From contig NC_087436.1 of assembly GCF_036321535.1 (NCBI RefSeq), forward strand, positions 18,664,001 to 18,728,000: a stretch of 64,000 bases of DNA. Reading direction: 5' to 3'. Positions 12,631 to 27,014 of the stretch are shown here, piece after piece. Each line of letters opens with the position of its first letter. The first letter of the stretch is position 1. The translations under genes were made by a program, and so were the position numbers. The notes under the pieces are model-generated. The model was not told the DNA's origin. It saw only the letters and a program-made list of their open reading frames with translations, and ran no database searches. The DNA is from Camelus dromedarius (Eukaryota).

Positions 12631-13989
12631 TTCCTGACATTAAGATGAAATCTGCCTCCTTATATGATTACCTGCTGATCTGTCCTTTAAATTCATAAAA
12701 TACGTTTACCGTCTCTTCTGAGAAAGACCTTCAGATATACATAAATATGTTTATGTGGATCACCAGCATAAATCTGACTTTGTAAGACATTGGGATTGCC
12801 TCATTCTAGGTGAGAGCAACACGAACTTTCCTTCGTTGTCACAGATTTATTTCCTCATCTTCTCCACTTTACTTTGGGGAAAATGACTTCAAAGGATTTA
12901 AACCAGTTATCATTGAAATTAACTGCCTCCCCATAAATACTCCTCTCCCCAAAGCCAAGACTTTAAATACTTGACCCACTTCTATATTCCCTGCTTTGTA
13001 CTTTTAATGAACATATATAATTCATATATTTGACTATGTTTTTCAACTCAACTTCCAAAGGATATTTCTTTTCCTTAGAAGTTAGGTTGGATGCAATCTG
13101 CAGATCTTCTGGGTTTCAGGGAGACTTTCTCACTCACACTTGACTTCTAGTTCAAGCAGCTCATTAAGTCAAGCATTACTGTGATGGCAGTTACAACGAC
13201 TTTTCTCAGTGTCATATTATCATTATTGACGTACTGACCAATAATTGCTGAAGATTAAGAAATACTCAAGATAGCACTTAAAAGCCAACTTCCCATGTGT
13301 CCTTGGGGTAGATATTCTTATGAATTTAGGTTTCTTGATTCACATTTGCAAATCCATTTCACAACTGCTAATTCCTTAGCTCCTCAAACTTGGAACCCAA
13401 TAAAGGATCTGAGTCTCATAGTATTTGCTAGGAATGTTGTGTTCACTTTAGGGCTCCCTGGGGGCAATAAAACATGATAGCTTCAGAGAAGAACCACAAA
13501 GATAAAGAGAGGCTGGACAGCTGGTTGTGAAAGGAGAAATATACACCAGATCCTCAACCTGTCACTGCAGCACTGGGCAAATCGTGCCTGAGACTCGCTG
13601 TTGGCAGCAGACGTCACTGACCTGGAGGAGGAAAAACAAGCCCTGTGAGTTATAGGTCCATTTTTAATTAAAATTCACTATAGGCAGTTTGTTTTCAAAA
13701 GGAAATATTACAAAATGTTAGTTTGTTGATCGGTTACTGAGGATTCTGAAGTGTTTTCTTACTGCAACAACATTGCACCTGGTGGTCAAGACTGCAGGGT
13801 GTCATCACAGTGTGCGTAAGGCATAACGTAGCCCAGTGTTTTGTAACCTGCTGGTGGCCTCACTGGAGGCCAGTCCATCTTAGCATCACTAATGATTGGG
13901 CGAGCAGATATTAGTGTCCTCTGATGACGTATTCTACCTGTCCAAAAATGTTTAACTTGAATCAAGACTTCAGCTATTCTTGTTACCAG

Positions 13990-14370
13990 GAAAGATAGGA
14001 GACAGACACACAAGTTAAACAAGTACCATGAGGAAGCAACAGACAAATCTGGGAAGTATGACATTTTACAGGACAACTAGCCCTGTCGCTTCAACAAGTC
14101 AGTCAATAAAAAAGGGATGTTTTTCTAGATTAAATGAGACTTGAAGGAGCATGACAGTCAATGACACTGGCCTGGATTGGATCCTGATTTGGATAAACCA
14201 ACTGTAAAGTCCCCCTTTTTTTTTTAGAATTGGGAAAATTTAGATTTTGGTTTAGGTATTAGATGTTATGAAGAAATTATTAATTTTATTAAATGTAAAA
14301 TTAATTTTATTAAATGTTATTATTTGGGGACATATAGAAGAATAGTCTTATCTTTTAGAGATTCTTTTAG
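13990..14370 (+). mobile_element. Old L1 (L1ME/MC-like) 3' fragment
   Basis: gacattttacaggacaactagccctg...ttctagattaaatgagactt...ggattggatcctgattt. Confidence 0.6.
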
Positions 14371-15785
14371 GGGAGATATAATTTACTGTTTTAATAATTG
14401 AAGTATAGTCAGTTTACAATGTTGTGTCAGTTTCTGGTGTACAGCATAATAGTTCAGTCATATTAATTTACTTTTAAGTACCGAAGCAGAAACAAAATGA
14501 CATGAGTTAAAGAAAAAGAGTAAAAAGTACCCAAGTCTTGACACATAATAGGAGTTCAATAAATGATAGCTCTTCACTTTCATTTATTCCTTCCTTGTTT
14601 GTCTGGTAGAGCAGAATAAACAGCATCACATGACAACATGGGTGATTTCCGGAAAGTGTCAGAGCAGTAGGACGAAGCTGCCAGGGTGACCAGTGGCATC
14701 CAAGGAGCTACAGTGTGAAAGCTAGAAGGGGATCTGGTGCCTTAAGATGTCCAGGAGAACAGTCATCCACAGGAGAGTTTATTCAACCCTGTAACAAGGA
14801 TCCCTTTAACAATGTGGGAGGGGCCTGAGGGTTCCAGAGTTTGTTAGTGAGAACGAGAGGCCAAGATGGGAGCCAACGTGACATCATTGTGACTCTGACT
14901 CTTGCATGTTCCTTAGGCAGATATTGGGCTTGGGAACTGTGGGTTGCACTTGTAATAGAAGAAGACAAACAAACGAACAAAAAGCCTGATCTTGAATGAA
15001 GGAGACTGAATGAAAAGAGGTGTGCTGTGCTGCACCCTGCAGGCTTTCAAGCTCTGTACTTGCCTAGCCTTGAGAACGAAGAAAGAGCCTGGAGTTGGCG
15101 ACAGAGACATCAGTGGTTTAATAGATGGTAGATCTGAAGCAAAAGGGTCCTGGAGTGACACCCCACCGGTGGACAGCAGACCTCGGGCAGAACAGGGCAG
15201 CAGCAGTCTTTGCTCTTGGGGGAGCAGACAGTCTAGCAGTTATAGGGGGAACTGATAACAGATTGGCTCATTGGTTACCAGGGAAACCAGCAGAGGGGCA
15301 GGGCATTCTTACCCCTTGGGCTAAGTACCTTCATAGGGGACAGAGGTCTTCCCTTTGATCATATTTGCTATTATCCTATTGGCCAAAGCAAGTAACATGG
15401 TCAAGCCCACAGCCAGTATTGGAGGAGGCTAGCCAAGGGCATGGAAAGAGAGAGGAGGAATTATTGCAGATATTTGGACAAACACTCTAATGCAACTCAG
15501 AATTTTTTTTGGGGGGGGGTGGTGCAGATTGAATCTAGGGGATAAAGTGGGAAGAGTCTGAAAATGACTAAAATTTCCTGGAGGGAGTTCAGAACTCCTC
15601 ATCAATATTTATTGAGTAGCAAACTGTGTCTCAGGTTCTGTGCTGGGAACAGAGATTTTAAAAAGGAACAAGAAAAAAAAAAAAAGAAAGAAACAAGACC
15701 CTATCTTAAAGAATCCTCCAGTCTAATGGGGGAAAATATATGCAAGCTGCTTAAAGTGGTTTGGATAGAGCTATCTGCTAGATAT

Positions 15786-15920
15786 GGGGTTGGGAAACAT
15801 TTTCTGTTAGAGTCTCTAGTAAATATTTTTGGTTCTGTGAATCCTACAGCCTTGTCACAACCACTGAACTCTGCTGTGATCACAGGAAAGGGGCCAGAGA
15901 CAGTATGTAAGCAAAGTGAC
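15786..15920. mobile_element. MER58-like hAT-Charlie fragment within L2 remnants
   Basis: ggggttgggaaacattttctgt...tagtaaatatttt...caaccactgaactctgc, similar to 62414-62560. Confidence 0.65.
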
Positions 15921-17184
15921 CAGGTAAGGAAGATGGACAGTGAATCCATTAGGGTGCCTGGAAAGGGAAGCTAGGTTTGGGGGCGGGGGAAGAGGAGCTT
16001 ATAGGAAAGAAGAGGAATTCAGCTTTTAAGTAGCTTGAATCTCAGGGCAGATGAGGGCTTCAGGCTTGAAATAAAAGAGTGTAGTAATCAGTAATGGAAG
16101 CCAAGAATTGGGTGCATTTCATTTGGAGGCAAAACGTGAAAAAGAAAAGGGCAAGCAGGATGAGCCTTGTACAAAGCATTCAGTTGGGCTAAGCATCAGC
16201 TAGAAGCTTGTCAGAGAGAGAGAAGCATCCGAGAAAGCAGCGGAGAAGAAGGGCAGTGTCTGTGACACAAAGACAGAAGGGAGTTTCGGGAATGAATGGG
16301 TGGTCAAGGGAGGTCAGGGGGAAGGAAGAGTGGGACCGGGTCACGGAGATGGGCAATAAGGGGGATATTGTTCTAAGGCTGTCAAGCTGAGCCTTTAGGC
16401 AAACTTTTCTGCTTTACACACATTCAAAATAGCTTGGTAATTAGAAACAGCGCAAAAAACCATGCAGAAACATTGCTAAGTAGTGAGTATAAATCTTTTT
16501 GCTAAATTTATTTTTGTAATATGTGGAAGAAAAATCAACACCGTCTACAATTAGCATGGACTACATTAGGCTTTTTTCCGTAACTTTTGGAAAAGGAATT
16601 TTATTGGGAAACAATTGTATTTATATTTTTATATAGAGGTGAACAAATGACAAGGAGGCTTGCATGGAAGGTAAAATTGGAAGCAAAGCCTCTTACTAAT
16701 TCCTAATTCACATTTTTAAAATGTGAAGATGTTTTCCTCCACCTTAACTGAATGCTGAGTTAAAGAAATAATTGAGACGTCTGGCTTCTCATGTGTATTA
16801 AATTTCATGTGTATTTCATTGATTAAATCTGAGTAATGTTGAATGCAGAGTATGTTCTGTGACAAATTTTTTTTTCCGAATTTTTTCACCTTAATTTTTC
16901 AACCAAGGCTTTAGGATTACTGTTCAGAAATGGATGTCCAAAACTGGTTGATGGGTTTTGTGCTGTAAAGAATTTAGAATTCAGATTTCAGAATTCTCTC
17001 AATGAGCCATTGCCAACAGCTCAGTCGTCTCCCATGGATGAAGCCTTCATTCCAGGTGCCCCTTTTTAACCCCTCAACTGGAAGACTAATGGGTGGCTTT
17101 GCCTAAAGGAGGATGGATGGATTAGACAGCACCTCAAGGGCATTTGTTTACAGCTTTCTGATTTGAATATATTCGGGTGGACAT

Positions 17185-17632
17185 CTGAATTCGTTTGCTG
17201 GGGCTGCCATAACAAAATACCACAGACAGGATGGCTGAAACAACAGAAATTTAGTTCTCACGCTTCTGGGAGCTAGAGAGCAGGTCTGCAGTCAAGGTGT
17301 CAGCAGGTTTGGTTTCCCCTGAGGCCTCTCTCCTTGCCTTGCAGACGGCAGCCTGCTTGCTGTGTCTTCACATGGTCCTTCCTTGTGTGAGTAGGTGTAT
17401 GTCCTAATCCTCTCTTCTTACGAGGACCCTGGTCCCATTGGATTAGGGTCCACCATATGAGCTCATTTTGTCTTAATTACCTCTTTAAAGGCCCTAATTC
17501 CAAACACAGTTACATTCTGAGCTGTTGGGGGTTAGGAGTTCAGCATATGAATTTTAGGGGGGACACATCTAATACTTGCACATTTAATACCTGCATCTAA
17601 TTTTAAGGGGGACACAATTCAGCCCATAACAA
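17185..17632 (-). mobile_element. MLT1B-like MaLR solo LTR
   Basis: gggctgccataacaaaataccacagac...aacaacagaaattt...ggggacacaattcagcccataaca. Confidence 0.9.
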
Positions 17633-19519
17633 CAACTAATATTTGCACATCTAATACTTGGGTCTTGAAAATGGCAGCATGGTTTTGCAGACATGGAGCA
17701 CCTACACTCCAGACTCTGTAGCTCTATTCCAGCTTGCTGTTTCATGTACCATCCTTTGGGTCTGAGTGGTTGAAATGTTGCCAGTTTTCTTTATGTGCTT
17801 CGCAAAGGTCTATATTTCTGTGAAAGTATTTTAAAGTGCAATTATAGACCTAATAACATTCACTTCTAAATCTTTGATTATCTCTAAAATATAAAAGCTT
17901 TTACCTATTGAATCTATTTGTGATTTTATTAAATGTTGATTTCTTCTCAAACATACGAAGTTCAGTTTTGATATGTTCCCGAAGGACTTGTTTTCTGCTC
18001 TCCCCTTTTGGTCAAGCGCGCATAATATCTTCTAGGTGGGTGTTTCATCAACTTTTTACAATTCACAAAGCTTTCTGTGGTTAAGCAACATGAGGAAACG
18101 CTGGCATAGGTAAGGCTCGAGGATGTGGCGATGTGTCATCAGTCACTATTTCAGTAAAACCATGTTGTTGTGCGTCACTACAGGTAAGGCTTAGTCATGC
18201 TAAAGTTTTGTGATTTCTGTCCATGCGAGACTAAAAAAAAAGTCGTATCTCAAGGATATTAAATGTTAGCCGTTGCTTTTTTACGACATTTTAAGCTCCT
18301 TTGCTTTGAGCACTTGCCTGCTTTATTGCTTGGAGATGCTCTTTTTTTTTTTTTTTCTGGGAGCTGATAATATTTCCTTAGAACATTTAAAAAGTTGTGG
18401 GGTTTTTTTTTTGTTTGTTTGTTTTGTTTTTTTGTTTTTGTTTTTGTTTTTGATAAGGGACTGGTGGGAACTAACTTAAGAGGTCATGTGAACGGCTCTG
18501 CCCATCGCCTCTTCCTGCCTTTATTCAGAGCCGGCTCTACATTCATAGAACCGCCCATCTACTCTCCCATCCCAGAACCCTGCAAGGATGTTTCCTGTCT
18601 TCTACCTTGAACTACGGGACACCAAGACGCCTGCATCAGTATTGTAAAGTGAAATCCTGCTAGTCTGTATTTATCATTTGTTATAGGTCCGGCCCCACTT
18701 TTGGGCCTGTGTGTTCTCTGACTTTAGTCAGGCACATCTATTTGACGACTCTCAAGCAAGTGCTACCCAGTTCCGCCCTCTCCTGACACCTTGCCTTTGC
18801 ATTTGCCACTCACTCTGCCCAGAGTGCTCTCCCAGGTCCTTTTCAGAAACACACTCATTCTTGCATCACAGCCTCTGACTCACCCCACCTGCGAGCTCTT
18901 TCCAGACAGCCAGCTGAGTGCACTTAAACTCATCACTCCAGAGGTTAGAATGTGTCCATTTTCTGTCTTCTAGGTTCCTCAGATGCTTGTTTAATTGTAT
19001 TCTTTTTTTGGTTTTCTTTATTGAGGCTTTATAATGGAAGAGAATATAATATATACAGTCCTTGGTCCTACAAATTTTAAAATCTTAAAGGGTGAACATG
19101 TATAGAGATCATGCTGCCTAGGGTGGAATATTTCCAGGCTAGGGAATTGGGATTTTTTGGGGGGGGGGTAATAATTTGCATTTAATTCACTTAACTTTTT
19201 CATGTTGCATTTATAGTCAACATTTTTTTAAGCCTCATAACATTCCTGTAAGAAAGATAGGGCAGGTATAGGCAAATCTTATTTCCTTACCAGAGTTTTT
19301 CTGGAAAATTCATCATAAGGTGAATCATTCTAAGGAGATCCTATTTCCTCCCCCGAAGAAAATGTTAATTTTTAAGGTTGCATCCCTTACTAAAGACTCC
19401 CATTTATCTTAGAGCTATTCGTAAAACAGTATAGTAGGTGCTCAATAAAAACCTGACAAAATGCTGTCTTTTTAAAAATATTTCTTCTTTTTAAAAAAAT
19501 CTTTTAAAAAACATTTTTC

Positions 19520-19678
19520 TCCTTTCTTTCTTTTTTCTTTTTTTTCTTCCTTTTTTTTTTTTTTTTGTGGGGGAGAGGTAATTTATTTATTTAGTTAGTT
19601 TTAACGGAGGTACTGGGGATTGAACCAGGACCTTGCATGTGCTAAGCATATGCCCTACCACTGAGCTATACCCTCCCC
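19520..19678 (-). mobile_element. Camelid tRNA-derived SINE (Vic-1-like) with A-tail
   Basis: Minus strand GGGGAGGGTATAGCTCAGTGGTAG (A box)...GGTTCAATCCCCAGTACCTCC (B box)...AAATAAATTACCTCTCCCCC followed by poly-A. Confidence 0.88.
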
Positions 19679-20149
19679 TTGTCCCCAAATTTCAATAGTG
19701 TCAGCTGAAAAGCCTTGGTTCACATGTTCATAGTGCAAGTATTTTCTTTTCTTTCTTTTTTTATAGTGCAAGTATTTTCTTTGATACTGGGTTATATAAT
19801 TCATGTGTTTCTGAAGAAGCCAACTGTGACCCATGGTTAAAAATAACTAAGATGCTCACCCTTAATAAGTTCCTACTATTACATTTATATGTAAGATCAC
19901 TTACAGGTTCCTGGCATTTCATCTTTATGGATATCCCACAATGCATTTAAAGTGTCTGTAAACTACACAGTCTCCTAGTCTTTCAGCTTCTAGGGTTCCT
20001 CTGGCTGATCCTGATGCACTGAGGGTACAAAGCTCCGTAGGACACACTGATGTCCTCGTTTCATATATTTCCTTCATCATAGTGGGTACCGGTATATCCT
20101 GGAGACTCCTGTGTGTGTATCTATGTCTGTATCTATATCTATGTATCTG

Positions 20150-21690
20150 TCTATGTATATTTTTAATGTGAATTCTCTGCTTTAATTAATATGGCTTTAT
20201 AGGTTTTTTTTTTCATATTTGCTAGGGAAAAATCTCTCATAATGATTCTCTTTCAATTTTTAAGTTGTTTTTCTTTCCCTGGTTACATTCACTATTACAA
20301 ATAAACTTTAAAATCAGCTTTTCAATTTCCATTGAAAATAGTATGGATTTTTGTCAGAATCACATTGAATTTGTAGCTATCAATTTGGCAAAAATCAATA
20401 CATTTACCAATGAAATCTCCCTATGTATAAAATAATAATGTATTTTGGTGTTTATTCAGATTTTTGAAAAGGTTTTTCAGAAGTATTTTATAATTTTCTT
20501 ATACCTTTTTGGTTTGGTTATTCTTAAATATATGAATATTTAAATTTAAAATTGTTATTATAAATATATTTTTATTTCATTTGATAGTATTGTTGATTTA
20601 TAGTAATGTAATTATTTTAGTGTACCTATCTTGTATCTTGATCCCTCAGGAAACTCTCTCATTAGTTCCAATAGTTTTCAATGGATTATCTTGACCTATA
20701 ATTATTCAAAGCCTTGTCTATTTTTTCCCTAATAGTTATACTTTATTTTCTTTCTTGTCTTATTGCATTATCAAAGAACTTCAAAATCAGTTTGGATAAT
20801 TGTGATGATTTGTCTTTTTCTTAATTCTTATCTTTTACCCTTAAGAATGTCGGTTGCTCTATGTTTCAGATACATTCTCTTTATCAAATTAATAGTTTCC
20901 AAATAGTTTCTCTTTATTGTCAGCTTACTGAGAGTTACAAAAGAATTGGGAATGGATATAAAATTTTCAAGTTTGTGTATGTGTGTGTTTGTCCACTTAT
21001 CCAATGGTTCTTTAATATGTTAACACGGTGAATTCTGTGAATTAATTTTCTAATGATAAGCCAGTCCTTATGTAAGCTCTATTTAGTTATAATGCTTTCG
21101 TCTTTTACTCTATGCTACATTTGACTTGCTAATATTTTAGCAAAAATTTTAAAATTTACATTCATAAGTGAAATTGCTGTATGGTAAGAATTGTAAACTT
21201 AAATGCCTAGAGGAGACAAATTTGTTTTAAAAAATTAAGTAGAGTAGATAAGGATCACAAATAGAAGTGGAGACTGCAGGAATAGGAGAATGGATATTGG
21301 GTCTCATAACGTGTATATTCAGCATTGACAAATGCTCTCTAAACAGGATTATTGGCAAGACAGGTACGTCCTGCAGCATCCAGCTAGTAGCATTTATTAT
21401 TTGTGTGTGTGTTTGTGCTATCCTCATAGAATGAGTTAGGAGGCTCGTTTTTAAAAATATCTAGAGATACTGTAAATAAAATAAAGACTATTGGTTTTAT
21501 TGAGGCAAATTCACCCATAAAACAGTCTGGACCCGGTGCTCTTTTGGGGGCACCCCTCCCCCCACCATAATTTTAATTTGTTGTAAGATTATTATCCAAT
21601 TTGGGTTTACAACTTCTGCTGGAAGTCTGGATGTTTACGTTTTCTAGGAACATGGCATTTCTCGTTGAATTTTAAAATTTCTGTGCCAGC
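20150..21690 (-). mobile_element. Ancient, degraded L1 ORF2 fragments
   Basis: T-rich antisense L1 motifs (ttgtcagaatcacattgaatttgtag, tcttattgcatta, gacttgctaatattt, aaattcacccataaaacagtctggacccggtgc). Confidence 0.65.
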
Positions 21691-22759
21691 AGACATGCTT
21701 TCTTTTAGACTGTGTTAGCTGGGAGCAGCTGTGCCGGCTGAGACAACCCAGGATTGCCAGTGCAGGGAATGGGGGTGGAAGTTACTCCTTTCCTGGGTGT
21801 GTGTGTGTCTATGTGTGTGTCCATTGTGGGTGTCTGGAGCTCCCTTGGCCTCAGTGGTGCTTCCATTTCTTGCCCTGTGTTAGGAGCCCTGCTCAATGAG
21901 ATCTTCTGGAAGCAAATATCTGAGCCAGAAGATTTCCATAGATGGGGAGAAGCAGGGACACAGTTGGCTCAGATGTTTTATAGGTATTTCTTTAATTGAC
22001 TACCCTGATAATCTCCTCCTCATCCACTCTGCCCCTCACATTTGTGGATTCAGAGCTCACAGTTTCTCTCTGATGAGTCCTTAGAGATGAATGTCTTTCA
22101 TGGCTGTCTTTCCCACACCTATTGTGTGTTACAGTTTTTTCTGGTTTGGATTTTCCATCAGTCTGATCTCATCTGCTTTTTATTTCCTCCAAGTTTCTGG
22201 TCTGATTATATCTTTTCTTGTTTCCACTGCTGTTAGAAATTTATTCTTTGAAAATATATTTTGTAATTTAAATGGGTTTTGGGAAGGAATGAACATAAGT
22301 ATTTCTTGTCAGCATGAACTGAAGGCTTTCTGGGCTCTGTATAGCAATTGCTTGTTACTTTTTTAGACCCTTGTTCAGTCTCTTGTCTAATGAACATACA
22401 CTTTTCCCCTCCTCTAACTGTTGAGCAGTTAATATTAGATAAAGTTTTTAAAAAATTGTTTAACATTGTGGTAGGAATGCAGCATTGGCTGGAAATATTC
22501 TTTTAATCGCTTCGAAATCTTTAGACACCTTATTACGTTTGAACCATGAACTTATTTGAGCATTAAAAGTTTTGTGGTTTATAATTTTTCTTAAAAAAAT
22601 TATAAACGCTATGGTCTTTGGAATAGTCCATTCAGTAAGACCAGTATGGAATCCAATCACTAAATCAGCTGAGAAAGGATTGATATATAACCCATTGGAA
22701 ACAGGATGGTACTGGTGAGTCGCTGTCTTCTGCTTAGATACCCAAATGGAACATAAGTG

Positions 22760-22935
22760 ATGTAATGAAAGGCTGTTGGATTGGAGTTTGAAGTCATATA
22801 ATTGGATTTTGCCTTTAGCATTCCTAGCTTTGGGAACTTGAGCAAGTCCCTTAAATTTCTGAACCTCAGTTTCCCCATCTGCAAAATGGCAACAATACTA
22901 CCTGCCCATCCCTATCTTACAGGTTTGGGGAGAAT
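22760..22935 (+). mobile_element. MIR SINE
   Basis: cttgagcaagtcccttaaatttctgaacctcagtttccccatctgcaaaatgg core. Confidence 0.8.
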
Positions 22936-24842
22936 GAATATAATGCTCCCTTAAACCAAAATTAAGTAAATGTCAGTCAGTATTAAGTGTTCTCATACCT
23001 TACCAACGACTATTTTCAAAGATTAGTTTTTAAAATCAATAGAATTCTTGACTTCCTTAGAGATGAAGACAATTTGAATTCAAAGATTTATTATTTTTTA
23101 TTGTGAAAATGAGACCTTTTTGTAGGAGACAAAGACATATGCAGAATAATCAGTTCCTTGTTTAATAAAGTAGCACAGTTCATTAGATCTGATGAAAAAT
23201 AGAGGTTTGTTTTCATCAGTGGTTCAAAATTATGCTTTCCAAAAGGAACCAATTTGGAGATGTTTTCATAGACACATCTGGATGGTGGGTTAGCAATGTT
23301 TAGAATGTGCCTTGTCTAAGTATACTTAATTTATTTTGGCTGGCTAAGCCTTTTCTCTAGAATAGACATTTAGATCTCACCTTTCCTTGGTTAGTTCCTT
23401 ACAATGACATTGTCAGCTGAAGAGACTCATTCTTTTAATCAGAAGGCCCAATCTGGCAGTCTGTATGAGTTAGTCTTCAATTTGAGAATTTTGCCAGGCA
23501 GGGAATTGTAAAAGAAAAAATTTGAAGTCAAGCCATGAAAACTCAGGATTCATTTGTGCCCAGCTAATTCACCAGGGAAAATAACCTTGGGGTATATTTA
23601 CTGCAGAAGAAAATTAAGCATTCTAACGGATCAGGATTAAGCCTTTGGAGAAAGAGAGGGATTCGTTAACAAAAGTCCTTCTCTCCTGTCCAACCTTCCT
23701 GTGACCTGAAGTTATGGAAACAAAATGCTCCAAAGAACAAATGCTGTTGAAAGTTTGTTTGTGGTGGTTGAAGGGGAATGGCATTCCACAGAAATGGAAC
23801 AGAATAACAGATGCCTCATGGAAAGCCCAAGACTGTCCTCTTTCTCGGTGGCGAAAATGTTAAAACTTCAAAAACTGATTTTCTTGGTCTAAATAAACTT
23901 TTTAATTTTCCAAGCCCTTTGGGATAATAAATAGATTGCATATGTGTCCATTCAAACCTAGACAATAATAGATGAAGAATGTGAATTAACTTGGAACACC
24001 TTAATGTGTTTTTGAGCATCACAAGCTCTGTCTTTTTCCTTGTGATACTTTTTAATGTATTGGGGGAATATTTTTTTTAAAGGAAAAAAGGAGGATTACT
24101 CTATTGACTGACTACTCAAAGAATGCAATCATCCTTGACTTCACTCCCCACACACCCCCCAACCCCTACCAATCATGGTCCTAAGTCTCTGTTCCATTTA
24201 CAAAATATCTTGAAAGAATTGTCTGTACTCACTATCTCCAATTTCTCTTTCCCTGTTCTCTCTTAAATCCACTAATGTGAACTAGCCCAGACTAACTGGT
24301 CATGTATGACTATCCGATTATTTTTGGTAGATAGTGGCAGCCACCAAGAGAGGCAAGAAGAGGTTTGCCCTTCCTTCACCACCTCCCTACCAGGTTACAA
24401 CGAAAGCAAGTTTCAGAACAAATTCTAACACATGTGCAACATTTGTTAGCAAGCAGGCACAAAGACGGTACACAAATCTCAAATCGTTGTCCACTTTAGG
24501 GTGTTCTGATCACAGTTTGTTTGGAAATTAAACCAAACATGACAACATTCGAGAGGCACCGTTCAGACAATTTGAATTCCCCAAATTCAAAACTGGACAC
24601 AGGACCAACCGGAGATCTTGGTGAGGGTGCTATCCTGAAGTGTACAGGCTACAAGGCGTGCCAGACTTGTGTCCCACCTTCCTGCAAAGTGCAAGAAAAT
24701 ACTGTAGGCAACCCACATTATTGTGGCTATCCCTAATGTCACCTATGGAAGCCTCCCCAAACCTTTGTAATGTTCATAAGCAGGATCTCTGGTGTTAATG
24801 GTAGATAAAAATAAATGAAATAATTTTAGTAGCTTCCTCTGT

Positions 24843-25005
24843 AGTGTGGGCTTTGTAGTTGTGGCTGCATGAGAATCACCTGGAGGATCTGCTGAAACAC
24901 AGTTTGCTAGGCCCCCCACCCTAAGTTTCTGATGGGTGGGGCCTGAGAATATGCATTTCTAACCAGTTCCCAAGTGATGTTATTTCTGATCTGGGGTTCT
25001 CAGTG
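24843..25005. mobile_element. MER5A
   Basis: gaatcacctggagga...gggtggggcctgagaatatgcatttctaaccagttccc. Confidence 0.8.
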
Positions 25006-25534
25006 TAATATTATGTAATAATATGCTCAGGTAGACTCGAAATTATGATTGCAGTATTTCCTCTCAAGTTCATTTGATAAACTTAGAAAATGGTGTATTT
25101 CATCTACGTTTGGAATCCTAATTCATTAATTTTTAATCCCAATCTTTTCTAACATACATATTTAAGATGATAATTGCCCCCTTAGGTATCACTTTATCGG
25201 CATTGTGCAAGTTTTATGTGCAATATTTTTGTCAACATTCAGTTCTAAGTATTTTATAATTTCCAGTATCATTTGGATTTCTCCAATGAATTATTTAGAA
25301 GTCTGGTTTTTAGTTTCTAATTGTATTTTTTACAGACCTTTAAGTATTGATTTCTAACTTTGTTGCATTGCCGTCAGAGAATACTGTCTATAAAATATCA
25401 ATTCTCTAGTATTAGATGAAACTTGCCTTGTAGTATAAGGCATGGGTAATTAAGGTTTCCATGAGATCCTGGAAACATTTAAGGTCTCCAGACCTCTTCT
25501 CTGCTTAGGTCTGTCTGTCCTATGAGATTCTTGG

Positions 25535-25720
25535 CTAGTGAATCTCAGATTTTCTTGTGTGTCACCACCACCTGGGTGACTCGTTAAAACATACATTGCT
25601 GAGCCCCACTGCCAGAGTTTTAGATTCAGTAGGTCACATGTGGCTGAGAAATTGTGCATTTCTAAGTTTCCAGGTGATGCTGAAGTTGCTGGCCTGGGGA
25701 CCACACTTACAGAACTATTA
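25535..25720. mobile_element. MER5A
   Basis: cagagttttagattcagtaggtc...tgcatttctaagtttccaggtgatgctga...ggggaccacact. Confidence 0.8.
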
Positions 25721-27014
25721 GTCCAAACCACAATGCCTCCTCTGTTTCTCATTGCTTTGTTGTCCAATACCCCTGACGTCCAGCTGACAACCCATTTTTG
25801 GTCTCTGCTATCCTGACAGCTCTACACGTTTGTTCCTGTTGTTTCATCCAGGAACTGAGCTCTGTTCTCCAACCTGACTCTGACTTCTGGTTGTTCCATT
25901 TCCTTTTTCCAGACCTTGAGCTGTAGCTCTGATGATGAATCTCACCATGGGTTAGTAATTTCCAACCCTCATTTCACAAGAGAAAGACTTCCAGTGATAT
26001 ATGTTCAGACCCTCTCCTAGAGATTCTGGGGTATGCGCTGGCCACGTGAGAATATTAAACATTTCATAGTTGATTCTAATTTGGAGCATGGATTAAGACT
26101 TATTGATCATATGGTTTGGTGGTAAAGGCTTGCATTTTTGGCTTTGCTGCCTGCCATCCACTTTGCTTATCTGAGAACACGTTAATATGAGATGTCTCAA
26201 GTCTCCAAGTAGAAGCCTTAGCACACTAGAGATGTTGAACTCAGGAGACAGGCTAAGGCTGGAAATAGATATAGAATTAAGGAATAAAGAACATACAACT
26301 TAGCACTGAAGCTATGAGAATGGGTGTGCTGTCTGCAGGGTAAAGGATGGGAAAGAAGACAAGAGGGTCAATGGAAAATAGAAACATGGAGTGTCAGAGA
26401 CAGAAGTAACACAGTGAAGAAATGATTTGTGTAGAACAACCAGTGACTTCAGAGAAATGATCAATTTAACGCATCATTGTCTTTGTAAAATCAACTAACT
26501 CTCCAGTTTCTGTCAATAGTGACACTATATTCCTATTTGTCCAGGTTGAGTTCAGAGCCATCTTTGGTTCTTCATTTTTTTCTGACCCCTCAGGCTCATT
26601 CAGTGACTGAGATCTGACGCTTCTTTTTGTAATGTTTCTCCTTCATTTCTTCCTTCTCATTACTTCTTGTCCAAGTCTTTATATCTATAAATCTGACTTA
26701 TAATGGTCTGCCAATTAGTTCTTAAGCTGCTTGAATCCATCTTGCACATTATTGTCAGAATTGTCTTCCCAAAATGTCATTTTGATTTTTACATTTCTGG
26801 CTTAAAAGTCTCAGTGGTTTTGTTGTTACTGTTACCAATAGCTAAGCTTTCCAATCTTGTCTTTCTCCACTCCAGGCAGACTGTGACTTTTCTCACCTTT
26901 TTGCTTTTGCTCATACCTTCCCCCACCAATCTCCTCTCCATTTAGTGAAATCTTACCAGTCCTTCAAGACCCAGATCAAACCTTACTTCCTTTGGGCCTC
27001 CTTTGGGTTTATAC

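Noticed and set aside
14273..14320. Short tandem duplication attaattttattaaatgt x2 (similarly tctcaagatcg x2 near 31513-31540)
   Set aside because: Ordinary slippage duplications.
19600..19678. tRNA-like A/B boxes (also at 55000-55073)
   Set aside because: They are SINE heads with A-rich tails, not tRNA genes.
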